Shown here: positions 62,124 through 64,000 of the stretch, one piece after another
Position numbering within the stretch: the first letter of the stretch is position 1
Layout of the letters: every line of letters begins with the position of its first letter
Assembly (NCBI GenBank): GCA_036172245.1
Contig: JAYWIR010000019.1
Location: 1,240,001-1,304,000 of the forward strand
Direction of reading: 5' to 3'
Length of the DNA: 64,000 nucleotides
Origin: Raillietiella orientalis
Taxonomy: Eukaryota
Made by a program: the position numbers and the translations under genes
Notes under the pieces: generated by a model
Databases searched by the model: none
What the model was told of the DNA's origin: nothing
What the model saw: only the letters and a program-made list of their open reading frames with translations

Positions 62124-64000
62124 GTTCCCAGAACCGAGACAACGAGCCGCGACTAAGGGCGAGCTGGTATCACTCTATTCCGAGGTTCGCTTGCGCTAAA
62201 GGCCCGTCTTTTTCTTTTTTTCTAGCCTGACCCACCCCCCTGTGGCTTTGCACGGCCTTTACGACCAGCCTGCATGAACGACCCGCTGGAGGAAAAAAAT
62301 TCTTCTTGATGAGAAGTCTGCTTTGTAGTGGAACGTCTGGCCATGCATGCCCTTCAATCAGGGCACACCATCTAAAATTTATCTCAGTTTAAAAACCCAT
62401 CAGCGCAGCTCGCTTTGCCTGATTCTCTGAAGCCGCTGGAGGTTTGCCCACGGTTTCGATCCTGTAGGTCGCATCGCACATGTTAATAAACTGTTGCATG
62501 AGCCTGAACAAATGACATTCTGTTGCGCTCGCGCGCGCGTACGTGCGCGCGTGCTCCATTAAGCCATTGCTGACTGCAGTCATCGTTCCGAGCGCGTTAG
62601 CAAAGAAGAGGACATGAAAGCTCCGAAAGATTTTATTTCTTTCAGTCGCGAGAGACGGGGTCAGCCGATCGACACGGCGCATGGTGTCGCTCAACCGCCG
62701 AAGTCGGCATTGAGCCAAAGGCATGGTGGCAGAGCGTGATCGCTTTCAAGGGGGTCGTTTCTTTAAAGTGGAAAAGCAGTTCTTGCTAAGTGAGGAACGC
62801 TTGGGAGGCAGTGCTGAGATCCCTGGTGGTCAGAGCTTCTCCCGAAATCTGCGGAACGACTGGTTGCCACGCTTTTTGGAACGAGGGTCAAAGAACTCAC
62901 GAATGCGAACCCTACGAGACGTCCGACTGGCGAAGCGCTTCGACAACGCTGTTCCCACAGCCCCTGAACGAAAAAAGTCCGGAGCGTAGGACGGCTGGAC
63001 CACGCCCACTGCAAGGCAAACTTGATCACTTGGATCCCTGGCGCATAATAGCGAACGGGAAGCTCTGAGTAAACCCTGACTTCCTGGGATGGGAGTCTGC
63101 TGAAAAAAAATGCCCCAAGGGGGAAAGAGTTCATGCCTTCACTTGTAGCCAATGGATTGCCACTTTCCAGCTTCTGTCAAGTCCTTCCTTGCTGCAGCAG
63201 ACTCCGAATCTTCCCCAAGAAGTGGCAGCTCTTTGCTCGCCTGCGCTGCAAACGGATGGGTCTAACTTAATTCACCTGATTCAATTTGACAGCAGCCGAG
63301 AGGACGATGGACTTTCAGAGGCTCAAGGCGCTTTTCGTGGGTTCCTGCGTGTTTGTAAATAAGGAGAGAGGAGAACCACGGAGCGAGCGAGCGAGCGAGC
63401 GTCTTCGGAGAGGCGCTGAGACGCTGTGAAGGTAAACAGGAAAAACATTATCGTGCGCGAGGGAGCACGAGTGGCCGCGACCGGCCCCCTCATTTCCAGT
63501 GTCCCCTCCTCCGTTTCCGTGGGCAGCCGACTATCCAAAGACCTCTGCGAAACTACGGGACGCTTCGGAAGTGAAAACTGACGTCACGACGGAGGGGGTG
63601 CATTCACACTCCCCACGGGTCCAGACACTCTGTTCCGAACGGGGAGCGAAGAGGTCCCGGCAAGACGGAAGAACGGAACGTTCCAAATCACTGCATCACC
63701 ACGGGCTCACAGCCTCCTCCCCGTGCTGAGGCAGATGCTGTGAATCGACGGAAGCCAAAACGCGAAACGCCACTAAAGAGAATGCCACGTGATGAGGGAA
63801 CACCAGTGGGAGCGCACACATGGAGAAGGTCCTTCGCACAGTGCAGCCTCAAAGTGAAAGGAAGACATTGCTCCTTCGGGGGGCTTCCCGTTCTGGATGC
63901 AGTTTCCGGAGAGAGGCTGGCTTCTCCGTTTCTCGTGATGGGGGCCGCAAAGGGATCTCTCGTATGGGTGCGCTGTCACGGTCGAAACGTCTACAAGTAG

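Overview
Eukaryotic (invertebrate, probably arthropod-like ecdysozoan) genomic DNA; most short ORFs in the supplied track are spurious. Four spliced protein-coding genes can be supported: (1) the first two coding exons of a probable Dachs-type unconventional myosin (minus strand, running off the left edge); (2) UVRAG (minus, 7 exons) and (3) ERMP1/M28 metallopeptidase (plus, 11 exons), arranged head-to-head in a sharply bounded AT-rich island with very small introns (34-55 nt); and (4) a Dimmed/MIST1-type bHLH gene (minus). An isolated, decayed ~0.8 kb 28S rRNA fragment stops just after the motif that precedes the protostome 'hidden break' and runs directly into an array of hairpin-forming repeats. 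The rest is CpG-rich intergenic DNA full of heavily decayed transposon relics recognisable only from scattered motifs (NeSL/Utopia-like, I-group and CR1-like non-LTR elements, piggyBac, Harbinger, Helitron, possibly hAT). There are also intact non-autonomous elements (piggyBac TTAA MITE, pogo/Tigger TA MITE, a foldback element) and several perfect short palindromes. No CRISPR array or prokaryotic system is present. All family assignments come from motif recall, not database searches.
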